From Kofleriaceae bacterium (lineage in GTDB: Bacteria; Myxococcota_A; Polyangia; Haliangiales; Haliangiaceae): a stretch of 64,000 nucleotides of DNA. Positions 13,415-23,701 of the stretch are shown piece by piece. A program made the translations under genes and the position numbers. The DNA is taken from positions 1 to 64,000 of the forward strand of contig JBKJLC010000016.1 in NCBI GenBank assembly GCA_046597055.1. The letters are read 5' to 3'. How positions within the stretch are numbered: the first letter of the stretch is position 1; each line of letters begins with the position of its first letter. Under the pieces are notes generated by a model. That model was not told where the DNA came from. It searched no databases and saw nothing but the letters and a program-made list of their open reading frames with translations.

Positions 13415-14971
13415 GTGATCAACCGGCACTCGCCATCACCGCGCCTGGGGCGCGCGGCGGTCCTCGCTGTGTCCACCGCGGCGCTCGTCACGGCTGGCGT
13501 GGGGGTCGCCGTCGCCGGGCCCGGCCGCCGGATCGAGCTGGGCGGCTTCGTCGGGCTCGACTACTTCGGCGATGAGATCGAGCTCGGCAACTCGTGGGCG
13601 CCGGAGCAGGTGCCGGGCACGTCGTTCCTCCTCGGCGGGCGCGGCGGCCTGGTGCTGGCGCCGGATCTGATGCCCGACTCCGGGCTCGATCCGCAGCTCG
13701 GGCTGGAGGCCGAGGCCCGGCTCGCGCTGGGCTCGACCGGCCATGCCAGCGAGGGCGGCCGCGACAGCTACTTCGCGCCGGTGCTGGGCTGGCGGCTCCA
13801 CGCGCTGCTCCGGCTGCGTCACGGTGGCCTCTTGATCCCGCACCTGGTCGCCGGCGCTGGCGGCGAGACCGTGCTGTCGAGCTCGCCGTTCATGGAGCGC
13901 GACACCGATCCGGCCTACTACTGGGGCCCGGGCCTGACCTGGCGGGTGTCGTCGCGCATCGAGGCCCGCGTCGATCTCCGCCACGCGCTGGCCCCGGGTC
14001 GGGCCGGCGACCTGGTCTCGACGTTCGAGCTGCAGTTCGGGCTGGTCACCGGCTGGGACCTCGCCGGCGGCGCGGCGCAACCGGCGCGACCGCGGGACAC
14101 CGACGGCGACGGGATCGTCGATCGCGAGGACCGCTGCGTGACCGAGCCGGAGACGGTCAACCGGTTCGACGACGACGACGGCTGCCCCGACCTGCTCGAT
14201 CGCGACGGTGACGGCGTGCGCGACGCGGTCGACGCGTGCGTGGACGCGGCCGAGACGCCGAACGCGATCGACGACGACGATGGCTGCCCCGAGCACGACC
14301 CCGACGGCGACGGCCTGGTCGGCAGCCGCGACGGCTGCCCGGTCGACGCCGAGGACTTCGACAAGTTCGAGGACGAGGACGGCTGCCCCGATCGCGACAA
14401 CGACGCCGACACCCGGCCCGACGTGTCGGACGCGTGCCGGGACCAGCCCGAGACCTACAACGGCTTCGACGACGACGACGGCTGCCCAGACGAGCTGCCC
14501 AGGGTCGTGAAGGAATTCACTGGCGTGATCGAGGGCATCACCTTCGAGCTGGCCAGGGCGCGCATCCAGCCGCGCTCGAAGCAGACGCTGGGCAAGGCGG
14601 CCGCGCTGCTGCGCGAGTACGCGTCGGTCCGGATCCGCATCGAGGGCCACACCGACGACCGCGGACCGCGGGCCAAGAACGTGGCGCTGTCGCAGAAGCG
14701 CGCCGACGCGGTGAAGTGGTACCTGGTCGATCAGGGCATCGCCGCCGACCGGATCGAGACGGTCGGGCGCGGGCCCGAGGTGCCGCGGGTGCCGAACAAG
14801 AACGCCAAGGCGCGGGCCAAGAACCGGCGGATCGAGTTCCACGTCGTGTTCCAGGACCCGACCCAGAACGTGCCGCCGCTGACCGAGCCGACGCCGGCCC
14901 CGGCCCCGGCCGCACCGGCAGGGCCGCCCGCCCCGCCGGCCCCGCCGGCGGCCCCGCTCAGCCAGCCCTGA
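13415..14971 (+). CDS. OmpA-family outer membrane protein with thrombospondin type-3 repeats
   Basis: Barrel-like N-terminus, DxDGDG..D.C / DDDDGCP repeats, IEGHTD...LSQKRA...NRRIEF. Start approximate. Confidence 0.88.
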   Translation: MINRHSPSPRLGRAAVLAVSTAALVTAGVGVAVAGPGRRIELGGFVGLDYFGDEIELGNSWAPEQVPGTSFLLGGRGGLVLAPDLMPDSGLDPQLGLEAEARLALGSTGHASEGGRDSYFAPVLGWRLHALLRLRHGGLLIPHLVAGAGGETVLSSSPFMERDTDPAYYWGPGLTWRVSSRIEARVDLRHALAPGRAGDLVSTFELQFGLVTGWDLAGGAAQPARPRDTDGDGIVDREDRCVTEPETVNRFDDDDGCPDLLDRDGDGVRDAVDACVDAAETPNAIDDDDGCPEHDPDGDGLVGSRDGCPVDAEDFDKFEDEDGCPDRDNDADTRPDVSDACRDQPETYNGFDDDDGCPDELPRVVKEFTGVIEGITFELARARIQPRSKQTLGKAAALLREYASVRIRIEGHTDDRGPRAKNVALSQKRADAVKWYLVDQGIAADRIETVGRGPEVPRVPNKNAKARAKNRRIEFHVVFQDPTQNVPPLTEPTPAPAPAAPAGPPAPPAPPAAPLSQP

Positions 14972-15014
14972 GGGTCGCCGCTCTCGGCCTTGCTGCGCTG
15001 CCGTCGCCGCCGCG

Positions 15015-16205
15015 TCAGCGCTGGGTCGCCGACACGGCTGCGGCGAAGCCGGACAGCTCGAACGACCCGCAGACGCTGTCGAAGCTGCCGGCGGCACCGA
15101 AGCGCTCGGCGAACGCCGTGAGCCGGATCGCCGGCTCCGCCGAGGTCGGCACGGTCCCGCAGCTGGGCTGCAGCGCGGGTGTGCGCCCGTCGTTGCCACT
15201 GCCCACGACCATCACCGGCGTGGCCGGGCCGGCGATCACGGTCACCACGACGTGACCGGCCGGCTTGGTCGCGCGGATCTCGTCGGCCAGCTCGATCACG
15301 TCCCACATGTAGGGCGACCTCGCGCGCGGCGCGCATGCGGTCTTGGGACCGGACGTCCTCAGATCGAGCTCGGCGCAGCGCACCCCGAAGTCGAAGCAGC
15401 GAAACCCGGTGAACGGGCCGAGGAGCGAGCCCGGCATCGCGGTCCGCTCGCCGAACATCGTCGGGTCCACGGTGGAGCAGTCGTCTTCATCGGACACGAT
15501 CACGATCGCCAGCGCTGCGTCCGGTCGAAGGAAGCCTGGGTTCCAGCCGGGCTCGAGGGCGCGCCGCACCGCTGCGAGGGGCTGCTCGAAGCCACAACCA
15601 CCGGTGCCCAGGCTCACCAGGCACTCGAAGAGCGGGGCCATCTGGCCGTCGGTGTAGTTGCGCTGGCGGCCACCGTCGGCCGCGGCGAGATCGGAGATGA
15701 ACGCATGCTGCAGCCCGAACCGGGCGACGCAGGTGTTCTGGGGAAGCCCGGTCGACAGCTGACCGTCGTCGCCCGCCGCGGAGCAGTTCGACACGTTGAA
15801 CGCGCCCGACGCGCCCATGTCCGTCGAGATCACGCCGATGTGGAGATCGGGAAGGGCGCCGGTGGGGGCGGACAGCACGTTGATGAAGAGCGGCAGCGCA
15901 GCCGCGAGCTGGGCCTGCTCGGGCTCCGTGTACGAGGTGTTGTCGACGACGAACAGCAGATCGACGCCGCGGGCGGGCGGCGGCGGCGGCGGCGTGCAGG
16001 CCTGATCGACGCAGGCCGCGCCACCGCAGTCGGCGGCGTCGCCGCACTCGACGCAGCTGCCGTCGGGGGCACACACCGGCCGCTCGGCCGGACACGCGGC
16101 CTCGTCGCACGCGGCCGGGCAGGCCTCGCCCTCGCACGCCGGCTCGCCACCGTCGCCGCAGGCGGCGATCACGAACAGACAGGACACCAGCGTCAGCGGT
16201 CTCAT
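15015..16205 (-). CDS. Cys-rich lipoprotein with vWA-like domain
   Basis: Lipobox VIAAC, Cys-rich repeats, DLLFVVDN, GVISTD, GCGFEQPL, FLRPDA..VSDEDDCS. Confidence 0.75.
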   Translation of the reverse strand: MRPLTLVSCLFVIAACGDGGEPACEGEACPAACDEAACPAERPVCAPDGSCVECGDAADCGGAACVDQACTPPPPPPARGVDLLFVVDNTSYTEPEQAQLAAALPLFINVLSAPTGALPDLHIGVISTDMGASGAFNVSNCSAAGDDGQLSTGLPQNTCVARFGLQHAFISDLAAADGGRQRNYTDGQMAPLFECLVSLGTGGCGFEQPLAAVRRALEPGWNPGFLRPDAALAIVIVSDEDDCSTVDPTMFGERTAMPGSLLGPFTGFRCFDFGVRCAELDLRTSGPKTACAPRARSPYMWDVIELADEIRATKPAGHVVVTVIAGPATPVMVVGSGNDGRTPALQPSCGTVPTSAEPAIRLTAFAERFGAAGSFDSVCGSFELSGFAAAVSATQR

Positions 16206-16261
16206 GGAGCCACTGTGCCCGAGCCCGCGGGGAACCGGGCCGGCAGACCACGGCAGGGGGG

Positions 16262-16810
16262 TCACGGCCGTCGGATCAGCGCCTGCGCCCACGCCGCATA
16301 CTCGCGGGTCAACCAGCGCACCGCGCGCGCGCGGTCGCGATACTGGACGCTGTCGGTGAGGTGCCACACCCGCGGCGCCAGCCCGGCGCGGCGGAAGCAC
16401 CAGCGCGCGCGCCGGCCATGGAACGGCTGGGTCACCACCCACACGCTCGCGCCGGGCGCGAGCAGCCGCGCGACCTCGCGCGCGTTCTCGGCGGTGGTGC
16501 GCGACCGGGTCTCGACGACGAGCGCCGCCGCCGGCACCCCGGCCACCCGCGCCGCGTCGGCCATCACCTCGGCCTCGGCCCGGTGCGCGCCGCCGGTGCA
16601 GCCGCCGCTGAACACCAGCGTGGGCGCCAGACCACGCCGCCACAGCGCGACCCCGCCGAGCACCCGCTCGGCTGCGACCTCCGACAGCCCGCCGCCGGGT
16701 CCGACCGGTGCGCCCAGCACGACGATCGCGGCCGCGGCCGGCCCCCGCTCGATCGCGTCGGCGATCACGAGCGGCCGCTCGAGCGCGCGCGCGACCAGCT
16801 CGAGGATCAC
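16262..16810 (-). CDS. YdcF/ElyC (DUF218) family protein
   Basis: IVVLG, FSGG, EAEVM, ETRSRTTAENA, VVTQPFH, RE. Confidence 0.85.
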   Translation of the reverse strand: MILELVARALERPLVIADAIERGPAAAAIVVLGAPVGPGGGLSEVAAERVLGGVALWRRGLAPTLVFSGGCTGGAHRAEAEVMADAARVAGVPAAALVVETRSRTTAENAREVARLLAPGASVWVVTQPFHGRRARWCFRRAGLAPRVWHLTDSVQYRDRARAVRWLTREYAAWAQALIRRP

Positions 16811-16832
16811 GGCGCCGGGCAGCCCGGCCGGA

Positions 16833-18551
16833 TCACGACGCCTCGTCGAGCGAGGCCGACGCCGACGGCGTGGTGGCGAGCGCCTCGGGCTCGTCGTGCA
16901 CGGGCAACCCGCGCGCGGCGATCTCGGCGCACAGCTCGATCACCGTCACCAGCCGCTCGGCCGACGCCGGGCTGGCCCGGTGGTCGAGCGCGAGCGCGGG
17001 CAGCGGGATCAGCTCGTCGAGCGGGGCGCCCTGACCGGGGAACACCACGTGGCGCAGCGAGCGCCCCTCCCAGTACGCCATCCAGCCGTCGAGCGCGGCC
17101 GCGGCCCGCGCCCGCAGCCCGTCGTCGAGCAAGCGCAGGATCGCCGCGCGATCGCCGCGGCAGCGGAAGCGGTCGTCGAACACGGCGTCGTCGACCTTGA
17201 CCAGGGTTCCCGCCGGCGGTGGATCGGGGTGGCCGCCGTTGCCGAGCACGCCGGGTGACCGCGTCACCACGCTCCAGGTCGCGCCGCGACCGGCGGCGAT
17301 CTCGCGCCCGCACACGATGTCGACCACCACCACCGACCGGGCGATCCGCTCGATGCGCACCTTCACCGGCAAGTGACGGCGCTCGGTCACGATCACGGTC
17401 GAGGTGTGATCGCCCTCGCCCCGCACCGACACCGCGCTCACCATCGCGTCGCTGCCGGTCAGCCGGCGCAGCGCCGCGACCACGTGGCCGACGTAGCCCT
17501 GCCAGGTGTCGTCGTCGATCGCCGGGGTCACCGGCGTGAACACCGCGCGCTCCTCGCGTCCGACCGTGGTCGCGCCATCGCCCAGCAGCACGATGCCGGC
17601 GCCGGCCGCGACGAACGCGAGCGGCCACGCGAAGCCCCAGCCGGCGAGGACCAGCAGCGCGAGGCCCACCCCGATGCGGCGGCGCGCCGGCGACGGCGCG
17701 GTCAGGCAGGCCGCGACCGTCCACGTGATCGTCGCGAACGCGAGCAGGTACAGCGCGATCTGGTCCTGGGCTGCGTCGGTGCGCAGGTCGAGCCCGAACA
17801 CGCGGTTGGCCCCCTTCACGGTCGCGACGTACTGCAGCCGGAGAAACACCGCGCCCAGGCCGGCGACCCCGAGCGCGACCGCGAACGGCGCGATCCGGGT
17901 CATCGACCGCGCGAACGGGCGCGGTGACAGGCAGTACGGCGAGGCGATCGCGGCCAGCGCCAGCGCGATGCGCCCCCACCGGCCCAGCCCCGCCCTGGCC
18001 TCACCGCCGGCCAGCTGATCCTCGTTCCACAGCTGATCGGAGAACAGCGAGGCGGCGCAGTAGAGGAGCAGCGGCGCGGCCGAGAAGGTGATGCCGATGG
18101 TCGCGCCGAGATCATCGCGCCGGATCCACGCGCGGACGACCTGATGCACCGCGACCAGGCCGAGGCTGGCGTGGAGCGGCGCCTGGGCCGGCGCCGGATC
18201 GACCACCGCGGCGAACACCGCGGCCAGCGCGAGCGCGCCGGTGGTCGCGGCCCCGACCGCGCGATCGATGCGATCGCCGCGCGAGCCGACCGCCCAGCCG
18301 CGGACCAGCTCGCCCGCGCGCACCGCCAGCACGATCACGCCGAGCAGCGCCGCGAAGTAGAGGAGGAACAGCGCGACATAGTCGAGCGCGACGAACCAGG
18401 TCGGCGGCACCACGCGCTGCGACTCGCCGTGGACGAAGACCGGCAGCTTCTCCAGGCCGCGGGTGAGCACGCGGCCGACCACCACCTCGGCCGTGACGCC
18501 CGCGAGCAAGATCAGCTCGAGCTTGCTCAGGGGAGAACGGCGTTCCTCCAT
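16833..18551 (-). CDS. Multi-pass membrane protein with C-terminal soluble domain
   Basis: About 10 hydrophobic helices then ~200 aa soluble region; coding-like GC3. Confidence 0.7.
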   Translation of the reverse strand: MEERRSPLSKLELILLAGVTAEVVVGRVLTRGLEKLPVFVHGESQRVVPPTWFVALDYVALFLLYFAALLGVIVLAVRAGELVRGWAVGSRGDRIDRAVGAATTGALALAAVFAAVVDPAPAQAPLHASLGLVAVHQVVRAWIRRDDLGATIGITFSAAPLLLYCAASLFSDQLWNEDQLAGGEARAGLGRWGRIALALAAIASPYCLSPRPFARSMTRIAPFAVALGVAGLGAVFLRLQYVATVKGANRVFGLDLRTDAAQDQIALYLLAFATITWTVAACLTAPSPARRRIGVGLALLVLAGWGFAWPLAFVAAGAGIVLLGDGATTVGREERAVFTPVTPAIDDDTWQGYVGHVVAALRRLTGSDAMVSAVSVRGEGDHTSTVIVTERRHLPVKVRIERIARSVVVVDIVCGREIAAGRGATWSVVTRSPGVLGNGGHPDPPPAGTLVKVDDAVFDDRFRCRGDRAAILRLLDDGLRARAAAALDGWMAYWEGRSLRHVVFPGQGAPLDELIPLPALALDHRASPASAERLVTVIELCAEIAARGLPVHDEPEALATTPSASASLDEAS

Positions 18552-18642
18552 GCGGGCCGAAAAACGTAGCCGGTATGAGCAGTTGGGTCAAGCCAGGGCC
18601 GAAATCTGGGTCCCGGCCCGGGTCGAGCCTAACCTACATGTC

Positions 18643-19377
18643 GTGAAGCACCTTCTCGCGGCCGGCGCCCTCTTGATGATGATGGGCACCGCGGCGGCCG
18701 GGCCGGCCCGGGTCGTGATCGACCCCGGCCACGGTGGCTCGAACAGCGGCGCCACCGGGGCGGTGGCCGGCCTGCGCGAGAAGGACCTGACCCTGGTGAT
18801 CGCGCGCGCGCTGCAGACCCGGCTGGTCGCGGCCGGCGTGGAGGTCGTGCTCACCCGCGACCGCGACGCCACGCTGACCCTGCGCCAGCGGGTCGCGCAG
18901 GCCAACCGTCGTGGCGCCGACCTGTTCATCAGCATCCACGCCAACGCGTCCCTGCAGCGGGTGCAGCGGGGCTTCGAGACGTTCGTGCTGACCGCCGCCG
19001 GCGTCGACATCGACGGCCGCGCGCTGCGCAGCGAGACCGGCGCGACCCGGCCCGGCATCGATCCGATCCTCGCGCTGGTGCTTGACGACGTCGAGCGCGG
19101 CGCGACCCAGTGGGAGGCGGCCGACCTCGCCGCGGCGATCCAGCGCGAGCTGCGGCTGGTGCGGGGCGCGGCCGGCGACCGCGGCGTGCGCCAGGACGCG
19201 CACCACGTGCTGATCGGCGCGATCATGCCGGCGGTGCTGGTCGAGGTCGGCTTCATCGATCACCCGGTCGAGGGCAAGGAGCTGGCGACCGCGGTGGTGC
19301 AGGCGCGGATCGCCGATGCGCTGGCGACCGCGGTGCTCGAGCAGCTGGCACCGGCCGCGCCGCCGCTCGGCCGGTAG
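18643..19377 (+). CDS. N-acetylmuramoyl-L-alanine amidase (Amidase_3)
   Basis: [37 protein letters not shown]; signal peptide. Confidence 0.92.
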   Translation: MKHLLAAGALLMMMGTAAAGPARVVIDPGHGGSNSGATGAVAGLREKDLTLVIARALQTRLVAAGVEVVLTRDRDATLTLRQRVAQANRRGADLFISIHANASLQRVQRGFETFVLTAAGVDIDGRALRSETGATRPGIDPILALVLDDVERGATQWEAADLAAAIQRELRLVRGAAGDRGVRQDAHHVLIGAIMPAVLVEVGFIDHPVEGKELATAVVQARIADALATAVLEQLAPAAPPLGR

Positions 19378-19409
19378 CCGGCTCCGGGCGCGTCGGGTAT
19401 GGTCCGCGC

Positions 19410-20114
19410 GTGCGACCCGACGGACGACGCCCCGACGAGCTCCGCCCTCTCGAGATCATCTCGGGTTTCCAGAAGCACGCCGAGGGCTCGGCCCTGGTGA
19501 AGCTGGGCGACACCCACGTCCTGTGCTCGGCCTCGGTCGAGGCCGGCGTGCCGTCGTTCCTCGCCGGCAAGGGCAAGGGCTGGGTCACCGCCGAGTACGC
19601 GATGCTGCCGCGCTCGACCCACACCCGGTCCCGGCGCGACCCCGGCGGTCGCGGCAAGGAGATCCAGCGCCTGATCGGCCGCGCGCTCCGGGCCGCGGTC
19701 GATCTGCGTCGGCTCGGCGAGCGCACGCTCACGGTCGACTGCGACGTGCTCAACGCCGACGGCGGCACCCGGGTCACCGCGATCACCGGGGCGTGGATCG
19801 CGATCGGGCTGGCGCTGCGCACGCTGGTCGCCCGCGGCGACCTGGCCGATAGCAGCGCGCTCCTGCCGCCGGTGGCGGCGGTGTCGGTCGGGATCGTCGA
19901 CGGCGCGGTCGTGCTCGACCTGCCCTACCTCGAAGACTCCAAGGCCGACGTCGACATGAACGTCGTGATGAACGAGGCCGGCGCGCTGATCGAGGTCCAG
20001 GGCACCGCCGAGGGCGCGGCCTTCACCCGCGCCCAGCTCGACGCCATGCTCGATCTCGCCGCCGGCGGCATCCGCACCCTCATCGCCGCGCAGCGGCGCG
20101 CGGTCGAGGGCTGA
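19410..20114 (+). CDS. rph: Ribonuclease PH
   Basis: [45 protein letters not shown]. Confidence 0.96.
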   Translation: MRPDGRRPDELRPLEIISGFQKHAEGSALVKLGDTHVLCSASVEAGVPSFLAGKGKGWVTAEYAMLPRSTHTRSRRDPGGRGKEIQRLIGRALRAAVDLRRLGERTLTVDCDVLNADGGTRVTAITGAWIAIGLALRTLVARGDLADSSALLPPVAAVSVGIVDGAVVLDLPYLEDSKADVDMNVVMNEAGALIEVQGTAEGAAFTRAQLDAMLDLAAGGIRTLIAAQRRAVEG

Positions 20115-20118
20115 TTCG

Positions 20119-20766
20119 ATGACGCGCACTGCCATCACGCGCCCGCTGGTGTTCGCCACCCGCAACCGCGGCAAGCTGATCGAGCTGCGCCAGCTGCTGG
20201 CCGGCGCGCCGGTGGAGGTGCTCGCGATCGACGAGGCGGCGGCCCGGCTCGGCCGCGCGATCGCCGAGGTCGACGAGGACGCCGCCACCTTTGCCGGCAA
20301 CGCGGCCAAGAAGGCCCGCGAGGTCGCGGCCGCAACTGGCTGGCCAGCGCTCGCTGACGACAGCGGGCTCGAGGTCGACGCGCTGGGCGGCGCGCCCGGC
20401 GTGCACAGCGCCCGCTGGGCCGGGGTCCACGGCGATGACCCCGCCAACAACGCGCGGCTGCTGTCGGACCTCGACGACGTGCCCGACGAGCGCCGCACCG
20501 CCCGCTTCCGCTGCGCGCTGGCGTTCGCCGATCCATCCGGCCCGCTCGGCGACCAGCTGCTCACGTCGGACGGCGTGGTCGAGGGCCGGATCCTGGCCAG
20601 CCCGCGCGGCGCCGGCGGCTTCGGCTACGACCCGCTGTTCTTCTGTCCGGAGCTCGGACAGACGTTCGGCGAAGCCGGGATCGGACCCAAGGGCCAGGTC
20701 TCGCACCGCGCCCGCGCGATGGCCATCCTCGGGCCGCAGCTGCGCGCGTACCTGGCCCAAGGCTAG
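20119..20766 (+). CDS. rdgB: Non-canonical purine NTP pyrophosphatase (RdgB/HAM1)
   Basis: [39 protein letters not shown]; follows rph. Confidence 0.95.
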   Translation: MTRTAITRPLVFATRNRGKLIELRQLLAGAPVEVLAIDEAAARLGRAIAEVDEDAATFAGNAAKKAREVAAATGWPALADDSGLEVDALGGAPGVHSARWAGVHGDDPANNARLLSDLDDVPDERRTARFRCALAFADPSGPLGDQLLTSDGVVEGRILASPRGAGGFGYDPLFFCPELGQTFGEAGIGPKGQVSHRARAMAILGPQLRAYLAQG

Positions 20767-21074
20767 CGCGGGCTCTCATGATCCTACCCATCGCTCGAGG
20801 GCAGTCCCGTCGAGGCGGCGGAGCGAGATCTTGCGCAGGCTGAGCTTCTTGTGCGGCGATCCGGTCATCAATGGGCTCGAGGGCGGCGTCGGCGTCGGCG
20901 TACGCCGGGGGCGCCTCGTGGTCGGCGGTCAGGTCGGGATGAGCTCCGGCGACCACCGCGACGACCGCCCGGTGTGCCGCCCGTTCGGTAGCGGCGAGGT
21001 CGTGGTGGACGTGGTCGACAACCGGAGCGTCGAGGTGGATCTGGCGGTGTTCTTCGGCGTGGCGCTCTGACCGA

Positions 21075-21377
21075 CTACGAGGTGCGTCGGCCCGGCTCGG
21101 TCGGCGCCGACGCACCCGGGTCGGGGCCCGCGCCGCCCGGCGCGGTGGCACGGTCGTCGACGCTGACCCGCGACCGCCAGCCCGGCAGCCAGGTCGTGCG
21201 GTCGCGCAGCTCGCGCCACGCCATGCCGCGGACACAGGTACGGTCGAGGGTCGCCCGGAGCGTCACCACCGCCCGATCGAGGCTGACGATCTCCCAGTGG
21301 CAGTAGGTCCAGGCGTCGTCGAGGCGGGTCCAGGCGCTGCCGACGAGGTGGCGAGGATGCACCGGCGCGGGGGGCAT
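21075..21377 (-). CDS. Small Trp-rich protein (TIGR02450-like)
   Basis: HPRHLVGSAWT ... WRELRDRTTWLPGW pattern recalled for this family. Confidence 0.6.
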   Translation of the reverse strand: MPPAPVHPRHLVGSAWTRLDDAWTYCHWEIVSLDRAVVTLRATLDRTCVRGMAWRELRDRTTWLPGWRSRVSVDDRATAPGGAGPDPGASAPTEPGRRTS

Positions 21378-21438
21378 TGTCCGAGCGTAGCGCGCCGGCG
21401 TAACCCTGCCCGCCCGGCCACCGTCTCACCCGGCAACC

Positions 21439-22029
21439 ATGGAGAAGATGATGCGCAAGAGCCTCTCGTTGATGCTGTTCCTGTCCCTGGCGACCGCGGC
21501 GACCGCCTGCAAGAAGAAGGATGACGCGATGGAGTCGCCCAAGGTCGCCGAGCCGACCAAGGTCGCGCCGGTCGAGCCGACCACCCCGCCGGCCATGCCG
21601 CCCGCGACCCCGCCCGCGGCGAGCGCCAAGAACATCGTCGAGGTCGCCCGCGAGGCGGGCTCGTTCAAGACGCTGTTGACCGCGGTCGAGGCGGCCGGCC
21701 TGGTCGAGACCCTGTCGGGCCCGGGCCCGTTCACCGTGTTCGCGCCGACCGACGAGGCGTTCGCCAAGATCCCGGCCAAGGACCTCCAGGCGTTGCTCGC
21801 GGACAAGGCCGCGCTCACCGCAGTGCTGACCTATCACGTCGTGCCGGGCGCGGTGATGGCGAAGGACGTCGCCGGGCTGACCAGCGCGAAGACCGTCCAG
21901 GGCGCGGACGTCGCGATCGACACCTCGAACGGCGTGAAGGTCGGCGGCGCGACCGTCGTGAAGGCCGACATCGCCGCTTCGAACGGCGTGATCCACGTGA
22001 TCGACACCGTGATCATGCCCCCGAAGTGA
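21439..22029 (+). CDS. Fasciclin (FAS1) domain lipoprotein
   Basis: Lipobox ATAC, Pro-rich linker, [27 protein letters not shown]. Confidence 0.92.
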   Translation: MEKMMRKSLSLMLFLSLATAATACKKKDDAMESPKVAEPTKVAPVEPTTPPAMPPATPPAASAKNIVEVAREAGSFKTLLTAVEAAGLVETLSGPGPFTVFAPTDEAFAKIPAKDLQALLADKAALTAVLTYHVVPGAVMAKDVAGLTSAKTVQGADVAIDTSNGVKVGGATVVKADIAASNGVIHVIDTVIMPPK

Positions 22030-22141
22030 GCCGCGCTGGCTGACGCTGGCGATTCTTGCGCGCGCGTCGGGCCCCCACCGCGCCCGGCGCGCAGTACGTT
22101 CGCGGCGCCGCTCGTCCCCGAGCGTCGCCGAGGACCCACTC

Positions 22142-22942
22142 ATGAGCGCGTTCGAGCCCGAGGTCGAGGCCCCCCGTCACGGGTGGGCGCCGCTGCGTGC
22201 CGTGCGGGCCGCGTTCACGTTTCTGACCCGGATCCCGGTCGGCGGCTTCCCGTACCACGCCGATGACTGGCGGTGGTCGAGCGCGCACTTCCCGCTGGTC
22301 GGTGCGGTGCTCGGGTGCGGGCTCGGCGCCGCGTGCGCGACGCTGCTCGCGCTGGGGCCGCTGCCGGCCGCGGCGCTGGTGCTCGCGATGTCGCTCCTGG
22401 TCACCGGCGCCTTCCACGAGGATGGCCTGGCCGACACCGCCGATGCGCTCGGCGGCGCCTACGATCGCGCGCGGGTGCTCGAGATCCTGAAGGACAGCCG
22501 CATCGGCGCGTTCGGGGGCGCCGCGCTGGTGATCGCGCTGCTCGCGCGCTGTGCGCTGCTGGCCGCGCTGGGCCCGCTGGCCCCGGCCGCGCTGGTCGCC
22601 AGCGAGTGCGCATCGCGGCTGCCGCCGGTGGTGCTGATGGCGCTGCTGCCCTACGCGACCACCGACGCCCGCTCGCGCAGCCGACAGATCACGCGCGCGG
22701 GGCCGGCCCAGGCGCTGGTGGCCGGCGGCTGGACCGCGCTGGTGCTGATCGGGCTGGTCTGGCTCGACCGGCTCCCCGCGATCGCCGGGGTCGCGGTCGT
22801 GATCGCCGCGGTCGCCGCGGGGCTCGAGTGCGGCCGGCGCTTCATGCGCCGCCTCGGCGGCGTGACCGGTGACTTCCTGGGTGCCACGCAGCAGGTCGCC
22901 GCGATTGCGATGCTGATCGCGATTCGCGCCGTCACGCTGTGA
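22142..22942 (+). CDS. cobS: Adenosylcobinamide-GDP ribazoletransferase (cobalamin synthase)
   Basis: FLTRIP, TGAFHEDGLADTAD, LKDSRIGAFG, GGVTGDFLGA. Confidence 0.95.
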   Translation: MSAFEPEVEAPRHGWAPLRAVRAAFTFLTRIPVGGFPYHADDWRWSSAHFPLVGAVLGCGLGAACATLLALGPLPAAALVLAMSLLVTGAFHEDGLADTADALGGAYDRARVLEILKDSRIGAFGGAALVIALLARCALLAALGPLAPAALVASECASRLPPVVLMALLPYATTDARSRSRQITRAGPAQALVAGGWTALVLIGLVWLDRLPAIAGVAVVIAAVAAGLECGRRFMRRLGGVTGDFLGATQQVAAIAMLIAIRAVTL

Positions 22943-23005
22943 TGCCTGTGATGGGTAAATCCAACCGCATGCGCCGCGGCCCGGCCACTGCCCGGCACAG
23001 GTTGC

Positions 23006-23035
23006 TTGACACCAAGCCCCCTGCTGCAGTACCAG
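23006..23035 (+). promoter_or_regulatory. Putative sigma70 promoter of the cob operon
   Basis: Perfect TTGACA (23006-23011), 18 nt, weak -10 TACCAG, just upstream of the riboswitch. Confidence 0.5.
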
Positions 23036-23056
23036 TCGAGCGCTGACAATTGAATA

Positions 23057-23263
23057 GTCTCTCGGGTGCCCGCGAGGGCATAACAGGGAAGCCGGTGCAA
23101 GACCGGCGCGGTCCCGCCACTGTATGTGAGCCGTCACGTCGGTCCCGTCATCGCCACTCGGTATTCACCGGGGAAGGCCGGGGACACTTTCAGTCACTGC
23201 CGGACGTCCAGCTACCGCCGGACGTTCAGCCGCTCACGAGCCAGGAGACCTACCCGAGAAGAC
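23057..23263 (+). ncRNA. Cobalamin (AdoCbl) riboswitch
   Basis: GGTG...AACAGGGAAGCCGGTGCAAGACCGGCGCGGTCCCGCCACTGT...GCCACT...GGGAAGGC...B12 box AGCCAGGAGACCT; closing stem TCTCGGGT/ACCCGAGA. Confidence 0.95.
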
Positions 23264-23329
23264 GCATGTTCTCTCCGCGCGGAACGGGGGGCACGCCTGC
23301 TCGACCATGACTGTCATGGGGGGCACGTG

Positions 23330-23364
23330 ACCTCTCATTCCCATCGTGGAGCGAGAGGTTTTTT
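23330..23364 (+). terminator. Riboswitch expression platform: terminator/RBS-sequestering hairpin
   Basis: ACCTCTC (23330-36) pairs with GAGAGGT (23353-59, the SD), followed by a T6 run immediately before ATG 23366. Confidence 0.6.
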
Positions 23365-23365
23365 C

Positions 23366-23566
23366 ATGTCTGCGACCGCGGATCAGCGAGTGACTGATCG
23401 GACCCGGGCCGCCAGCGTTGTCGGCCCACCTCCGCTCGAACGTCTCCACCGGTATCTCGACAAGCTCGTCAGTAGTGCCTTCTACGGGAAGGTCACCATC
23501 TCGTTCCAGAACGGGAAGGTGAGTGACGTGCGCATCGAGCAGACCAAGAAGCTCGAAGAGCTGTAG
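23366..23566 (+). CDS. Small DUF2292/YezD-like protein (66 aa)
   Basis: SD GAGAGG; FYGKVTISFQNGKV resembles the YGxVxIxxxDGKV pattern. Confidence 0.65.
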   Translation: MSATADQRVTDRTRAASVVGPPPLERLHRYLDKLVSSAFYGKVTISFQNGKVSDVRIEQTKKLEEL

Positions 23567-23701
23567 TCAACAATAACAGCCACATCTCCCGATGTGGACA
23601 GTGGGTCGTCGAAGAACTCGAGCCCCGGTATGGCGTCCTGACGGGGCGCCAGCCGGGGCTCGTTGCATTCCGGACCGGTTCCGATTCCGCCAGGAGGCCT
23701 C

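Noticed and set aside
14095..14495. Repeated GACGACGACGGCTGCCC units as a CRISPR or DNA repeat array
   Set aside because: They are in-frame thrombospondin type-3 protein repeats; no cas genes and no repeat-spacer structure.
13415..14971. OmpA/TSP3 protein as TraB of the TraAB kin-recognition system
   Set aside because: No adjacent TraA-like gene, and this architecture is common in myxobacteria.
23126..23365. N-terminal extension of the 146-aa ORF
   Set aside because: It overlaps the riboswitch; the SD-supported start is ATG 23366.
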